From Phoronis australis (lineage: Eukaryota > Animalia > Phoronida): 59,506 nucleotides of DNA. Numbering within the stretch: the stretch's first letter is position 1; the number at the start of each line of letters is the position of its first letter. Below, piece by piece: positions 11,019 through 23,434 of this stretch. The stretch lies in the NCBI GenBank assembly GCA_002633005.1, contig NMRA01000015.1:46869-106374 (forward strand). Reading direction: 5' to 3'. A program made the position numbers and the translations under genes. The notes beneath the pieces were generated by a model. It saw only the letters and a program-made list of their open reading frames with translations, did not search any database and was not told the origin of the DNA.

Positions 11019-12592
11019 CAAAGTGCCACAGTAGCCAAGCCGTCATCATCAACCATCCTCTTCACACCTACTGAGAACACCTATACCAATTTCCAAAATC
11101 ATCTGTAGAATTGGGTTGATAGAGGGGCAGACAAAACTACGCCACAGTAGTCGAGGTCGTCAGAAAATCAGCCATCTTTATTACGTTTGGAATACACATG
11201 CCAAGGAGCAGACGCCAAAAAACAGACTTGAAAACAGCAAAAATGGCTACGGAGAATACCGTCACATAACCAATAGATGCCTATATGAAAATCCGTTCAG
11301 GACCTTTGAAGATACCACTGATTGTCACTAGGGGGCCCCTCGGTAGTCAGATCTGTTCGATAGTCATCATCGACCGTTGTCAACTTCATATAAATACACT
11401 TTCTAAATAAAGATCCTGCAAAGGGTTTAGGAGATACAGCCATGGGCACAAAACAAAACTGCAACTAGGAGGCGCCACAGTAGTAGGAGTCAGAAAATCG
11501 TTGTCAGCCGCTCTCTTCCTAGTAAAAACATACATGCAACTTTTCACAATCATCCTAAGAGCAATTTTGTTGATATAGGGGCGGACGCCAAAAAAACTGA
11601 CCTGAAAACAGTAAAAATGGCTACTAGGTGGCACAAAATACCTCGAATACATCCGAAAACAGAAGGATAGCGTCATCTCACAAATAGATGCTTATAGGCC
11701 AAATTTCCCAAAAATACGTTGAGGACCTTTGAAGATGCAGAGGTAAACGTAAAAACCTAAAATTGTCACTAGGGGGCACACTGGTAGTCGAATCCGTCTG
11801 AAAGTTCGCTCATGCCGTCCCATCCATAAAAGGAACACATGTGCAAAATTTCATGAACATATGTTGAAGGCTTTTGGAGACGCCGGATGGATGTGGATGA
11901 CAGCATAATGCGTCCACATATAAATATGTGGGCGCATAAAAATTACGTTCTAAGTTCTATTGAGCAAGTGTGTACATCATGGTAGGACTGGGGGGATTGT
12001 GGGCAGGAATGAAATCAGATGCATGGGTCAGAAAGGTGCACTAGAACATGGTGTCAGTGGGTATGTATGTGCCTTTTAATCACTACTGGCAAACCATTCA
12101 TTACTTGCAATTCAGAAAATGTATTCTACTCAGACAATGGTAGTATGTGAAACTATCATAAATCGCTAGAACCTGAATATTTAAGGTTTTTGAAAAGATT
12201 CCGTCGATGCAGTGTTATTACGATACACATTTGCTAAAAATTAAGAAAGCTAAATTATATGTCACTTGCCAACACAAACCCAAATCAGTGTGGTAGGACA
12301 GTTAGATAAACTAACAGGAATGAAGTGGTAAAAGACTCGATTGTTTGTGAGTAAATGAAATTACACTCGCCATTGTGGGAAATGCAACGTCAAAAGACAA
12401 CAGCCACATTACCTAAACAGGCCTCAAGAATATTTCAATTACTTAAGTGCAATCTTAAGTTATTAGACAATAAACTTCAACATTTTCCAACATTAAACTG
12501 ACATCAACGAGTGAGCCAATCGCAATTTTAAGACAAGGCATAACTATGCAATTTAAGAAACCTCCATGACCACTATCACGTCCAGTGTCTAC

Positions 12593-12703
12593 CTCGTGTC
12601 CTGCTCTTGGTTGTGGTTCATCTCCCCAGTCAGGCGGTGGACCTCCGTACTTCCTCTGGCCAGTGGTCACTTCCAGTGAGTAACCAGTCCGAATCAGAAG
12701 GCT
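12593..12703 (-). CDS. SYNCRIP: hnRNP Q/R coding exon 3
   Basis: tttgcag|SLLIRTGYSLEVTTGQRKYGGPPPDWGDEPQPRAGHE|GTAGAC. RTGY...TTGQRKYGGPPP is a family signature. 111 nt. Confidence 0.95.
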
Positions 12704-13089
12704 CTGCAAACAATGGACACACTGTATCAGTAATGTAATGGTTAAATTCAAACACCTCATGTGTGCCCCACACCACACAGGGCTTGGACACATGACAAAA
12801 AGAGGAAATCTTTACTGCCCTAAATACACATTTCAATCTAAACCATACCTCAACAGATCGAAAGTTAACGTGTCGTGTTGGCAAAACGCACTCATCTTAA
12901 GCAGTACCTGACATCTATTTCAGCAACAACTATGGAGGTAATTAGATGCAACAAAAAATATTTTTTAAAATTATAAAACAATCATAATGATGAAAAATTT
13001 GCAGTTTGAGTGGCAGCTTATTCTCGATTTGCTGCACTGAGGGAGACCAATAAAATTATTTCAAAGTCTTATAATTACGATACAAACAG

Positions 13090-13760
13090 AACCATTTTCT
13101 GCTTGATGATAACTTTTATGATCAGATTGACAGAGTAGCCATGGGTTCACCCCTAGGACCAGTGTTAGCTAATAGTTTCATGTGCAATCTCGAGACTGAG
13201 GCTCTGGCTAGTAATTGTAAACCACAATTTTATCATAGGTATGTGGACGATAAATTTGTTGTGTTTTCATCCAAGAGCTCAGCCAACACCTTTTTTAATC
13301 ACATGAACAATATGCATCCGTCCATCAACTTCACCAATGAATCTGAGCGCGAGTCGTGTTTACATTTTCTAGATGTCTTGGTTAAACGTGATAATAGCAC
13401 CGTTGTTACATCTGTATATCGTAAGCCCAGTTTTTCTGGGCTTTATCTTAAATTTGACAGTTTTGTGCCTATCCAGTACAAGAGAGGTCTAGTCAATTGC
13501 TTGTTACACCGTGCCTGGAGAATCTGCTCCACCAATTTAAACTTTGATAGTGACGTAGGTATGATTTTCCAGTTGTGTTCCAATGGTTACCCTCTGAATT
13601 TTCTGAATAGCTGTAAAAGGCACTTTCATTCAAAAATGAATGAGGCAGATAAGATAGCTGTTATCGGACCGAGAAAAAGAAAGTTTTCTTTTCTCTTGGT
13701 TACACCGGGGCAAGTAGTATAAAATTGAAACGCCAATTATCTCACCTTATTCATTGCATA
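13090..13760 (+). mobile_element. Penelope-like element reverse transcriptase fragment (degraded)
   Basis: FYDQIDRVAMGSPLGPVLAN...RYVDD...HPSINFT...LHFLDVLV...SVYRKP...LLHRAWRICS. Truncated on both sides. Confidence 0.85.
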
Positions 13761-14700
13761 GACCGTGGGCCCCACGATACCAGTCTCAAAAACATTTGCA
13801 TGAAACTGCTTTTGATGGCTCTCATTGGTTGTTTTTTTGTGTATTTCTCACTTAGATGAATATTATTGGTTACTTTTGGTGCCAGTGGCCCATTGAGATT
13901 GACTAAGTTCATCTCGTTGCCTTATAAGGAGTTTCGTTGGCAGCATGAACATCATATCTGTGACGCATACTCCCTCTAAAATCTGCCAAGCCGTTCGCAA
14001 ACTCAACTTCGCTAGTGGCCGTGCGTGACGTTTGCGGTTTCAGGGGAGTATTCTGAGACTTGGGACAGCGGGTGACCTCACCGAGTGTCTCGCGATGAGA
14101 AATTGCAGCCAAAATCACGTGCTCTCATTGAAATCAAGCGGTAATATCTCGCTGAGTCTTGCTTACCTAGCTTGATCCTTATGTTAGTGAATTCTATCCT
14201 GGCTTCCGTTACCGATTGACATGCGCATTCTACATACTTAGAAATGTCATCTGTCGCGCGATAAGAGAAGCACCGCTAAGCCTAAGGATTATTTTTAAAA
14301 CCGAGAGATTTTTCAGATACTGACGTGGACCCAGATGCAGATACGAGATAATCCACGGCCGGATGGTGGTGATATTGCCGGGCTCGGTCATCAATTCGCA
14401 AATATCCGTGTCAAGGCAATACAAATGAATACAATTCGCTCTAAGAGTCTAACTTGAGAATGGATGGTTTTCATCTGGAAGAATGAGTTTGTGACAATCC
14501 TGAAAATTATGGGAAATCCATAGTTGCAAGCGTTTGATAATTCAATTGATATCTTTTTAGAAATATTCGTTGTCATCAACAGGCCTAACACTCCCATCCA
14601 AGTAAATGGAAAACACACGTGCATTTAGTTTACTCTACCTAATTTGCATTTATAAGGGAGGACTCAGATATTGTGCAGTTTTTACAAGAGTTCTGGCAGT

Positions 14701-15136
14701 CAGGGCTTGGAATGACCAATGATATAAAACGCGGAAACTTTTACGGCCCAAAACATGCGCGCTACCCAGCCTTGCAACAGTTGATGTGAACCTTTCGCCG
14801 ACAAAACTCGGGAGGACTAAAAAAGGTTACCACCATCAGTAGCATGCGTCTGCGTCTTTTTAGCTCAATCGTCCACTCCCACCCCCACACATTTTTGGCT
14901 GCAGAGCCGTAGTATTTGTCACCACAGTTTACAATCACACGAGACACCATTGAAAACCCCACCACGCTATCCCAGATGCCCCGGCAATGTTGACAATTTA
15001 CGTTCCTCCGAAACATATTTGCCGCGGAAATGTTATATCAAATCAGATTTTTTTTACGCGGAAATATAATAAAATGCGCGGACAGAACATTTGAAAAAAG
15101 CGGAAATCGCGTTTCCGTGGAAAATTCCAAGCCTTG
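14701..15136. mobile_element. Non-autonomous hAT-like TIR element, copy 2 (about 60-bp internal deletion)
   Basis: Highly similar to 8292-8787. Flanks GGCAGT/GGCCGT. Confidence 0.85.
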
Positions 15137-15694
15137 GGCCGTGCAGAAGTTCAATGTTGTACCAGCTTCAGAACATCGAATTCAGACTACATATAAGAAT
15201 GCTGTGCAAGACATTACACTTACAGACTGAGGAAAAATGTAGACTCTGCTATCAAGACATAAAAATGTGACAGACTTTACAAAGACTCTTCACTTGGACT
15301 GTCTACTTCATAGGAAAATTTTACTTCTGTGTTAGACTTTTTGTACTCAATTGACATTGATATGATCATCACAATTATTGAGTAGCCTAAAACATTTCCC
15401 CATACTGTATCAAACACGTCTGTAGACTTCCATTTCAAAGTCATTGACTAAGCAAAATGGGTTATGACATGCGATATGTTTGGAAATAAGTCCAACTTTT
15501 AAAAATAAAAAATTGAATAAACACACTAATGTGCATTACTATTAGAATGCGTGGGTAAAAATAAGGTGCACAAAAAACAGCATACTAGCTCATGGAGAAC
15601 GTTGACCGCCACGCGGTTCCAGCACGTTGCAGTTTTTACGTGTGTGACCTGTTTAGATTTTCTGATGTGGAGTACATTGCATATTGATACTAAC

Positions 15695-15924
15695 GTTAAT
15701 CTTCTCCTCATCTGGTCCTTTCTGAGGCTCTTGGGGCTTCACGTTGAATGCGTTCGCCTTCTGTCGCTGCACTTTCATCACTCCACACAAATACGCGCTC
15801 TTGTTCGACACGTGCTGCAGTTTACTCTGCGAGAACTCCATAATCACTTCCCGAGCACCATCCAGATCAAATTCTCTCAAAGCTTCAACGGCTCGTTCGT
15901 CAAGATCTCCATCTTCCAAAAGTC
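15695..15924 (-). CDS. SYNCRIP: hnRNP Q/R coding exon 2 (N-terminal helical domain)
   Basis: cttcag|GA; LLEDGDLDERAVEALREF...LQHVSNKSAYLCGVMK...KGPDEEKIN|GTTAGT. LDERA and VSNKSAYLCGVMK are hallmark hnRNP Q/R motifs. 230 nt fits phase 1 to 0. Confidence 0.93.
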
Positions 15925-16053
15925 CTGAAGGGAAGCAATGCCCAAAACTTAGCAAGATAAATACTGAACCAAACTGCAGCAGATATACAGCTGATTTTAT
16001 ACTGTTCTAAAAACTTGTCATGAAACATCGGATGGTGAACCACAAACAATTAA

Positions 16054-17726
16054 AATAAGAGCAACGCAAAGCGTTGAAATGCGCCCACGAATGCATTGCA
16101 AATGGTGTGCTTTTAGGGTTACTTATTTGTATCATAAAAATGGCCACTAGATTAAGCAAAAACGTACGATCCATCCAAAAACAGGAACATGCCATATTTC
16201 ACAAAATCTGTCAAGAACTTCAGAGAAACAAAGGAAAACAGAATAAAATCAAATTGTCACTAGTGGGCACACTGTCCGTTGGATCCGCCTGAAAGTCGTC
16301 GTCTGTTATCGTCACATAAATACAATTACTAAATTTAATAAAGATCCTGCAGTGGGTTTAGGAGATACAACTATGAGCGCAAAACAAAACTACCACAAGG
16401 AGGCGCAACAGTAGTCAGTCAACATCATCAAAGATAGTCTTCACACTAAAAACATATATGCCAATTTTCAAAATGATTTGGTTGATACAGGGGTGTACGC
16501 CAAAAACAAGATTTGAAAACAGCAAAAATGGCCACTAGGTGGCGCAAAATACCTAGACTCCATCCAAAAACAGGAAGATAGCATCATCACATTAATAGAT
16601 GCCTACATTTAAAATTTTATGAAAATCGAAGATACAGAGTTAAACGTAAAAAAATAAAATTGCCACTAGGAGGCACAGCAGTAGTCAGATCTGTCCGACA
16701 GTCGTCGTCGTTTGTAGTCAACATCATATAAATACACTTGCTAAATTAAGTAAAGATCCTACAAAGGGTTTAGGAGATACAGCCATGAGCGCAAAAACTG
16801 CCACTAGGAGGCGCCCCAAAAGTCAAAGTCATCAGAAAATCATTGTCAGTCGTACACTTCATAGTAAAAACATACATGCCAATTTCCACAATTATCCTGA
16901 AAACAGTTTGGCTGATAAAAGAGAAGATGCCAAAAAACTCGAAAACAGTAAAAATTGCTATTGGGTGGCGCAAACTAGGTCGAATTCATCTGAAAACAAA
17001 GAGATAGCGACACCTCATTAATGATGCCTATATGCCAGATTTTATGAAAATACGTAGAGGACCTTTGAAGATACAGAGGTAAACGTAAAAAAATAAAATT
17101 ACCATTAGGTGGCACACCAGTAGTAAGATCTGTCCGAAAGTCGTCGTCTGTTGTTAACATCATATAAATATACTTACTACATTTCATAAAGATTCTGTGA
17201 ACGGTTTAGGAGATAAAGCCATAAAAAAAAAACACAAAAAAAACCCGGTCACTAGCAGGTGCCACAGTAGTCAAAGTCGTCGCAAAATCATCGTCAGACC
17301 TCCACTTCATAGTAAGAACACACATGCCAATTTTCACAATCGTCCTTTGAGCGGTTTGGTTGATAGAGGGGTGGACGCAAAAAACAGACTCGAAAACGGT
17401 AAAAACGACTACTAGGTGACACAAACTACATCAAATCCATCCGAAAACGGGAGGATAGCGTCATCTCACTAGATGCCTACATACCACATTTCATGAAAAT
17501 CTTAATGACTTTTGAAGATACAAATGAAAGCGTAAAATCTGAAATTGCCACTAGGGGGTACACCGGTACTTGTATCCGTCCGAACGTTCGCTCAAGCCGT
17601 TCCATTCATGAATGTGTCAAATTTCATGAACATATGTAAAGAGTTTCGGAGATAGAGCAGCGGACGCCGGACACCCGGAGATAACGGCATAATGCGTCCC
17701 CATATACATATGGGGGCGCATAAAAA
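16054..17726 (-). mobile_element. Helentron/HINE-like element, same family
   Basis: AATAAGAGCAACGCAAAGCGTTGAAATGCGCCCAC ... ATGCGTCCCCATATACATATGGGGGCGCATAAAAA, with about 11 internal subunits. Confidence 0.8.
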
Positions 17727-17767
17727 TGGCATCTAAATTGTATCTTTGGGACAAGCATTGAAAACTA

Positions 17768-19613
17768 CAGTCAACGTTCAGGTTACCTCCCTGGGCGGTT
17801 AAACTGGCAAACCTAAAAATTCGGGGGTGAGCTGTTAACCAGGCATGGGCGCTTTAACGGGAAATTTCCAAAAATCGTGGGTGGGTGGTTAACCGAACAT
17901 GGGTGATTATTACGACTGACAACCGCCCTGGGCTGTAAATCTTACCTCATGAACCGAGTCCCCAAATGTAGTCAGAACGCATATCACTTTTCGAAGAGCT
18001 TTATTGCCACGTCGTCAAATGACGGTAAAAAATGTCAGAACAGCAGATGATCCCAAGGATTTTTCCTATTCATTGTTAAACGACTGACTTATCAAATTTT
18101 GAGGTGGAAAAACACATTTTTATTCTACATGCAAGATTTCCAGATCATCCTATTACAATATCACCTTCAATATCGCACTGCAGCACTGGTTGGTCCAGCT
18201 GTTTGCGTGCAATGTCCTTGCAAACGATCGCGACTTGGAAATGCCGTTAAGTAATATAACAGCCTGTTTCGATGCGCGTCTCGTTTTTTTTATGGCAAAA
18301 GTTAGCGGCAAACAAATTCTTAAGACCCTCCGTTCGGGGTTGGACACGCGTGTACGAGTCACCTGTCACTCACATATGCACTATGCAGTCAAGGTAACTT
18401 GCACTCCAGTGTGTGGGAAAGCGCACCACACCAGTTGCACATCAAAAGAGAACAGCGACAGTATAAAGCATAAGAGTATACCGGCTTGACTGTAGGTTTA
18501 AGCTGACCAGAAGTTTACTTCACACTGAACTTGGAACTCCTGGTGTTGTAAAAAGCCAATGTTGCCCAAAACTGCGATGTCATCGTGGCTCGATGGGTTC
18601 ACCCCCCATTGCCGCCAATTTTCAGTCAGTCGATCTATATCGTAGATATTTCACACTTAAATGGGAAGAATTTTGTTCTGGCTGAAACTGGCCGATGTAG
18701 AAACAAAATTATTCAGGAGGGTTAAAAGGGGAGGTGGAAACAATTTTACAGTCACACTTCGGCAGGGGTTGTCGCAAGAAATCGTATTATAAAGAACTTC
18801 CACCAACATTGGTGAAATCTACCAAAGCGAATAATACTGAAATGCATCAACATAGGGAGAATTTGACATCATTCATTAAGTTATGGGAATTTTTCAAAAT
18901 CCAAGAGCTTCCCACCTAAAGCAAATTACGAGTGTTGGCAAAACCACTGTCACATTTCTCTGGCCTTACTTTTGGAATATATGTTTTACCTAGAGCACTA
19001 GACAGAAACTTAGCGTGGCAGACAGCATTGCTGAAATCATAGGTATCGAAGGTGGCAGGGATCTTAAAGTATTGCCAACATGGGAAGAAAACAAAGTGAC
19101 AAAACGTTCAAGTGTAATATTTTGAAGTCAATCCATGACCTGGGACAGTAATTTGTTACTTGTTGCATTATAATTCACATTGCCAAACCGCCATCGCCGA
19201 GGCCATCGTTGCACTCATTACTGTCATCGACCTTTTTATCTTTAAGTCGGAAAATCGCACGCTTCCTTAGCACTAGCACTAGGTGCTTATCTTCAACTTT
19301 CAAGTCGCGGAAGGGGGCGCTTAACTGAGAGGTGGGTGTTTAACTCGGTGCTGTAGTGGAGTGTCGACACAGCCAACCACCTTTTGGCGTTACAACGTAG
19401 CACACCGTAAGTTACATAAAGTGCTCAAGGCGATACAGTGGGCTTTTGGCGCCTATTACCTCTAATTTTACCGCTATAGCACTGGTTTGACTGGAAATCT
19501 TTAACTATCGCAGAGGGGTGCTTAACCGAGCAGTAGGCACTTAAATCGGAAATCCACCTTAAGTCGGGGATGGGCAGTTAAGTGAACATGGGCGTTAACC
19601 TGAACATTTACGG
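17768..19613. mobile_element. Tc1/mariner (pogo/Tc2-like) non-autonomous element
   Basis: TA|CAGTCAACGTTCAGGTTA ... TAACCTGAACATTTACGG|TA imperfect TIR with TA TSD and subterminal GGGCG(C/G)TTAAC repeats. A related end lies at about 7020-7124. Confidence 0.65.
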
Positions 19614-19636
19614 TAAGAGTAAAAACATTTGCATAC

Positions 19637-19793
19637 CAGCGGCATAAAGTTTTTTGTCTAATTCTTCTGCAACAGCCGGGCTGACTCCTGCTGCAAACAA
19701 TTTGTTGAACTGTTCTGTTTTTTCGTATGGTTTTTCTTCCTGTTCCATGGGTTGTTCAGACTCGCCATTTGATTCTTGAGTAATTTCAGCCAT
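19637..19793 (-). CDS. SYNCRIP: hnRNP Q/R (SYNCRIP/Syp-like), coding exon 1 (acidic N-terminus)
   Basis: Translates MAEITQESNGESEQPMEQEEKPYEKTEQFNKLFAAGVSPAVAEELDKKLYAA-G. Acceptor ttgtag|A lies 1 nt before the ATG, implying an upstream non-coding exon. Donor G|GTATGC, phase 1. SYNCRIP versus HNRNPR cannot be separated by eye. Confidence 0.85.
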
Positions 19794-20962
19794 TCTACAA
19801 ATACAAAAGCAATTTTCATATTCTGTACATTGACCTCTATTACAATTATTTGAATTCCCAGTATGGGGGCAGACATCCTAAACAGCCTCACTTGGTTGTA
19901 TTTAAATTCTTTTCACCTTGTAAAAATGACTAACAAAATCCTCTATTGATTCCCAGATGAAAACGAACAAATTTTCTCCACCCTGTGCTGTTTTAATCAT
20001 GAATTTAAGGTTACGTTTGGCCCGCGTCTCGATGCTCCGGCAGTAAAAAAACATCGGCGCAGTGCGCTCCTACCGAGTCAGTAGATGATAAATGTTATAC
20101 GATTCGCCATGACAAAAGGACACAGTGCGATGTGTGGACTGGTCTGAAACAAAGAAAACGGGGGGAAGGCCGAAGACCAGTCCATGTGCTCACAGCAAGT
20201 GAAATACCATATTTCTTGGAATTGACTTCTTATTGTACAGTGTAATTTTAACCAAAATTATCAATATAAATAATAACATTGAAAACATATAAATTAAAAT
20301 GGTTGTCCTTGTTATTGTTATAAGCAAAATAAAATATTGCAACTTTTAGCTAGATTGATCATACATGTATGTCTATTTGGTGTGACCATATGATTTCCAG
20401 GTGCAAAGGCTTTTTCAGCATTTTGGTCCAGCCATATGGTATAGCAGTACAGCACACCCTATCTTGGTGTAGTCCCTGGCAAGACAATGAATATTATTCC
20501 CCCACCTTGGAAACTGTTCTACGAGGCAGAATCATGATACGCACGTTGACTTGTGCACGACTAAGGCTCGTGCTGTCATCTTGGGTGTTCTCATTTTCAT
20601 TTGTGAAGCCTAACAATGCCCAATGTGGCGTTTTTAGAGGAAGTCAGTCCTCTTTCTAAGCTAACTTATGTAAAAAGGCAGATATTGTACACATAATCGT
20701 TGCATTTCAACAACAACGGCCAGTTTCTCGGTAACCGCTCACCCAAGTTTTATAATTTTGCACCATTTCATTTCTCACACCAAGGGCTTTTCAAAAATGT
20801 ATGACACATGGGCCCTGTAAAAAAATAAAAAAATGTTGTCCTCCCTACCTCTAAAGGCTCTATTATGCACAACAGGTATTCATGACAACGCGACTTTGAT
20901 GTTTAAGTCAACGCGAGGCATAATTCGCTGAAAAACGTCCGGCATATGAAGCGCCTAACGCA

Positions 20963-21813
20963 CAGGCGTCCTCAGCTTCTGATCGTCCTCAACACACTAT
21001 ATATATCAGTGTTCTCCACGGCCTGTTTTAACTCGACGCCCTAACGAGTTTGGATTTTGCTGCGTCGAGTTTGGAAAATGCGCGTCGAGTTTAGAAAGTG
21101 CTGCGTCAGGTTTGAACTTTTGTCCAGGCTTGGTATTTCAACCCTCAACCCTAAAGCAGTGCCTGATTAACCAACATCAGGCCCAATACAGAACTTTTGA
21201 GGCAGTCAACACTATATGTATAACTTCGTAAGACACTACAAAAGTTTAAATTATAATTAACAAAATCTGCAAAAGACTTTAAATAACAAACATTTCATGG
21301 NCCAGGTGACTCCTTCCATTCCAACATGGCGGTGTTACTACCGAGTACCGGGAAATAGTGCGAACAGAAATTTCACAATAAAATACTAAGGGAGCAGGTT
21401 AGGAAAAAATCGTTGTATTTTTAGAACGATAACGTTGCAAGGAATTGAACAATACCGAAATCATATGTGTAAGTCAATGTCGTCATAATGTAAACAATTA
21501 CCCAAAACTCTATAAATTCACACAAAACAGGGGCTCAACAAACCATGAGGAATTATTCTTTCTGCCAATACCATTTACAGTGTCCTGTGGACGATGTCTT
21601 GACCTTCCATGACAAATGGCAATTTCCCTGTGGCATATTGCTGGTGTGCAGTGACTTCTAAATTTTGGGAAGATTTTTGTGCTTTGACAATGACAGCGAT
21701 GTGTTTGCTGTGGACGGTTGAAGTGAAGCACCCATGTAATTTCTAGTCCGCAATGTCATACCTTGTAGTATATATATAGTGTATTAGGGACGATCAGAAG
21801 CTGAGGACGCCTG
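20963..21813. repeat. ~44-bp inverted repeat pair enclosing about 760 bp
   Basis: CAGGCGTCCTCAGCTTCTGATCGTCCTCAACACACTATATATAT versus ATATATAGTGTATTAGGGACGATCAGAAGCTGAGGACGCCTG. Confidence 0.75.
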
Positions 21814-22025
21814 AGGCCTAAAGGAGCTCCACCGTCTCTACTGGCGGTGGTCACTGTCTAGTCTGTCTAGAACAATCACTCATTCATTTGTTTTCATTTC
21901 TTCATTTCATTTGTGCATTGAAAAAACAGGCCCATCACTCAGAAGTTGGTCAATTTTCATAAAGTCGAGATCCCTAAATGCGATTCGTGCCCTCTAATGG
22001 TTTGGGTGGCTTACTGAATACTTAC

Positions 22026-22106
22026 CTGATGTCAAAAAACTTAGAATTTCGAAGAAATTTGAAGAAAAGATTTACACCCAATATTTGAGTTTCCAAAGAT
22101 GGCGGC
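22026..22106 (-). other. Probable non-coding first exon (5' UTR) of the hnRNP Q/R gene
   Basis: Strong minus-strand donor CAG|GTAAGT at 22026/22025 and GCCGCCATCTT at 22106-22096. An upstream exon is implied by the acceptor at 19795. The 5' boundary is a guess. Confidence 0.5.
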
Positions 22107-22608
22107 GAAGTGACATGTGAAATAGGACACATGGGGGTGCCCGTAAAATAACAGGTGCCCGTTCCGTAGACGCAATTCAACTACAAAAAAGTAAACTCAC
22201 GCTACTCTTTGCGAGAATTTTCAGTTGCTTCACAATGAAGCACATGATCACTTTAGTAGTAATCGCAAAATTCTTGCAACTATGGAACTCAGCCCTGAAT
22301 TTGTTATCCTCGAATTGTATATGAGAATTTGTTTGCAAAAGGAGATCATGAACAATAATTAAAAGCAAAAACGTTATCAATATTTTTGTATAATTGACAT
22401 TCATAACTTCCCAGTAAAATACGACGTTTCAATAAAACAAAAGTGACATCGACAGAGTTAAAGAGTAATAGATCTAGGTCAACAATTTGCCTTGGGACTT
22501 CTGAAATGAAAACATGACTTCATTGGTGTGTACGTGATGTCATTATTATAGATACTGGTTATCTACAGTCTATAGTGAGGTGACGTCGTGAAAAGGTTAC
22601 GCTGTGCA
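22090..22608. promoter_or_regulatory. Probable bidirectional promoter between the hnRNP Q/R and JmjC genes
   Basis: Head-to-head genes about 0.5 kb apart. YY1 consensus AAGATGGCGGC at 22096-22106 and CRE-like GTGACGTC near 22580. Confidence 0.5.
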
Positions 22609-23018
22609 ATGCAGTCCCCCGGCGTGCTTTTAATGGTTTGCCTCGGCTATCAGCTGTGTCCATTAACAAAATCCGATTTAACTTCAGAACCTGGTCACTT
22701 GAAACCTCTTGGACAAGGGCGCCCAGCATTAAACATTGAAGAGTTTGATGGATTCCCCAACACAAGGCACTTTTTTGAAACATATGTTTTGCCTCCGAAA
22801 CCCTTGCTAATGAAGGGTGCCGCAAAGCTATCCAAAGCTTTTACACTGTGGCAGGACGACTATTTCATGAAGGCACATGTGCCAGAGAAAGTTGTTGTTG
22901 AATCTCGCAAGAAAGAAGATCGTCTTGCACCAGCTGAGGAAATGTACTTCAAAGAATTTGTCATGATTTACAATCGTACGGACCAGTACATGGTGAATCC
23001 TGTACCGCATCCTCTTGG
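22609..23018 (+). CDS. JmjC (cupin-like) 2OG oxygenase with EF-hand and RDEL, exon 1 (probable signal peptide)
   Basis: MQSPGVLLMVCLGYQLCPLTKS-DLTSEPGHLKPLG...FFETYVLPPKPLLMKGAAKLSKAFTLWQDDY, a JMJD5/JMJD7/TYW5-type N-terminal segment. Donor GG|GTAAGG, phase 2. Confidence 0.88.
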
Positions 23019-23434
23019 GTAAGGCTGGCTTACTCATTTATGACTCAATTCTCAGTCACTGGTGACATTTCGTTAAGACTTGTGAAACACATTCTTTGCT
23101 TTAAATTTAAAAGGATCCTAAATCCTGTTTTGAACCAATACTTGTTCTGTCTCCTGCTTCGCATCAACCTTCCAAGTTAAAAGGCAGAAATGAACTAAAA
23201 ACTCATACTCCCAATGTCACAGATTGGACGTTATGGTCCTTGGTGTGGGGTCTTTTCTTACAGTTGCTGCATGTAATTTGCTGAAAGTGTAGGTCACACG
23301 TGCCCGTTAAGCGGATTTCAAGAGGAGTTTTCAAATTTTCCTCCCAACTGTTGAGGGTTGTCGAGGGTTACATAGCATTATTTTGTTTCACATAACTATA
23401 TAATTATGGGAAAGTTGTTTTTAGTATCTGTTAA

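Larger units (their letters stand above)
8204..11942 (-). mobile_element. Outer Helentron/HINE-like element with nested insertions
   Basis: Left end AACAAGAGCAAC...GTTGAAATGTGCCC. Right end has a GGAY microsatellite remnant and the terminal hairpin plus A-run. Internal ~150-bp repeats. Architecture parallels DINE-1/HINE. Confidence 0.7.

Noticed and set aside
22588-22608. GTG start given by the ORF track for the JmjC gene
   Set aside because: In a eukaryotic gene the first in-frame ATG (22609), which directly precedes the hydrophobic leader, is the likelier start.
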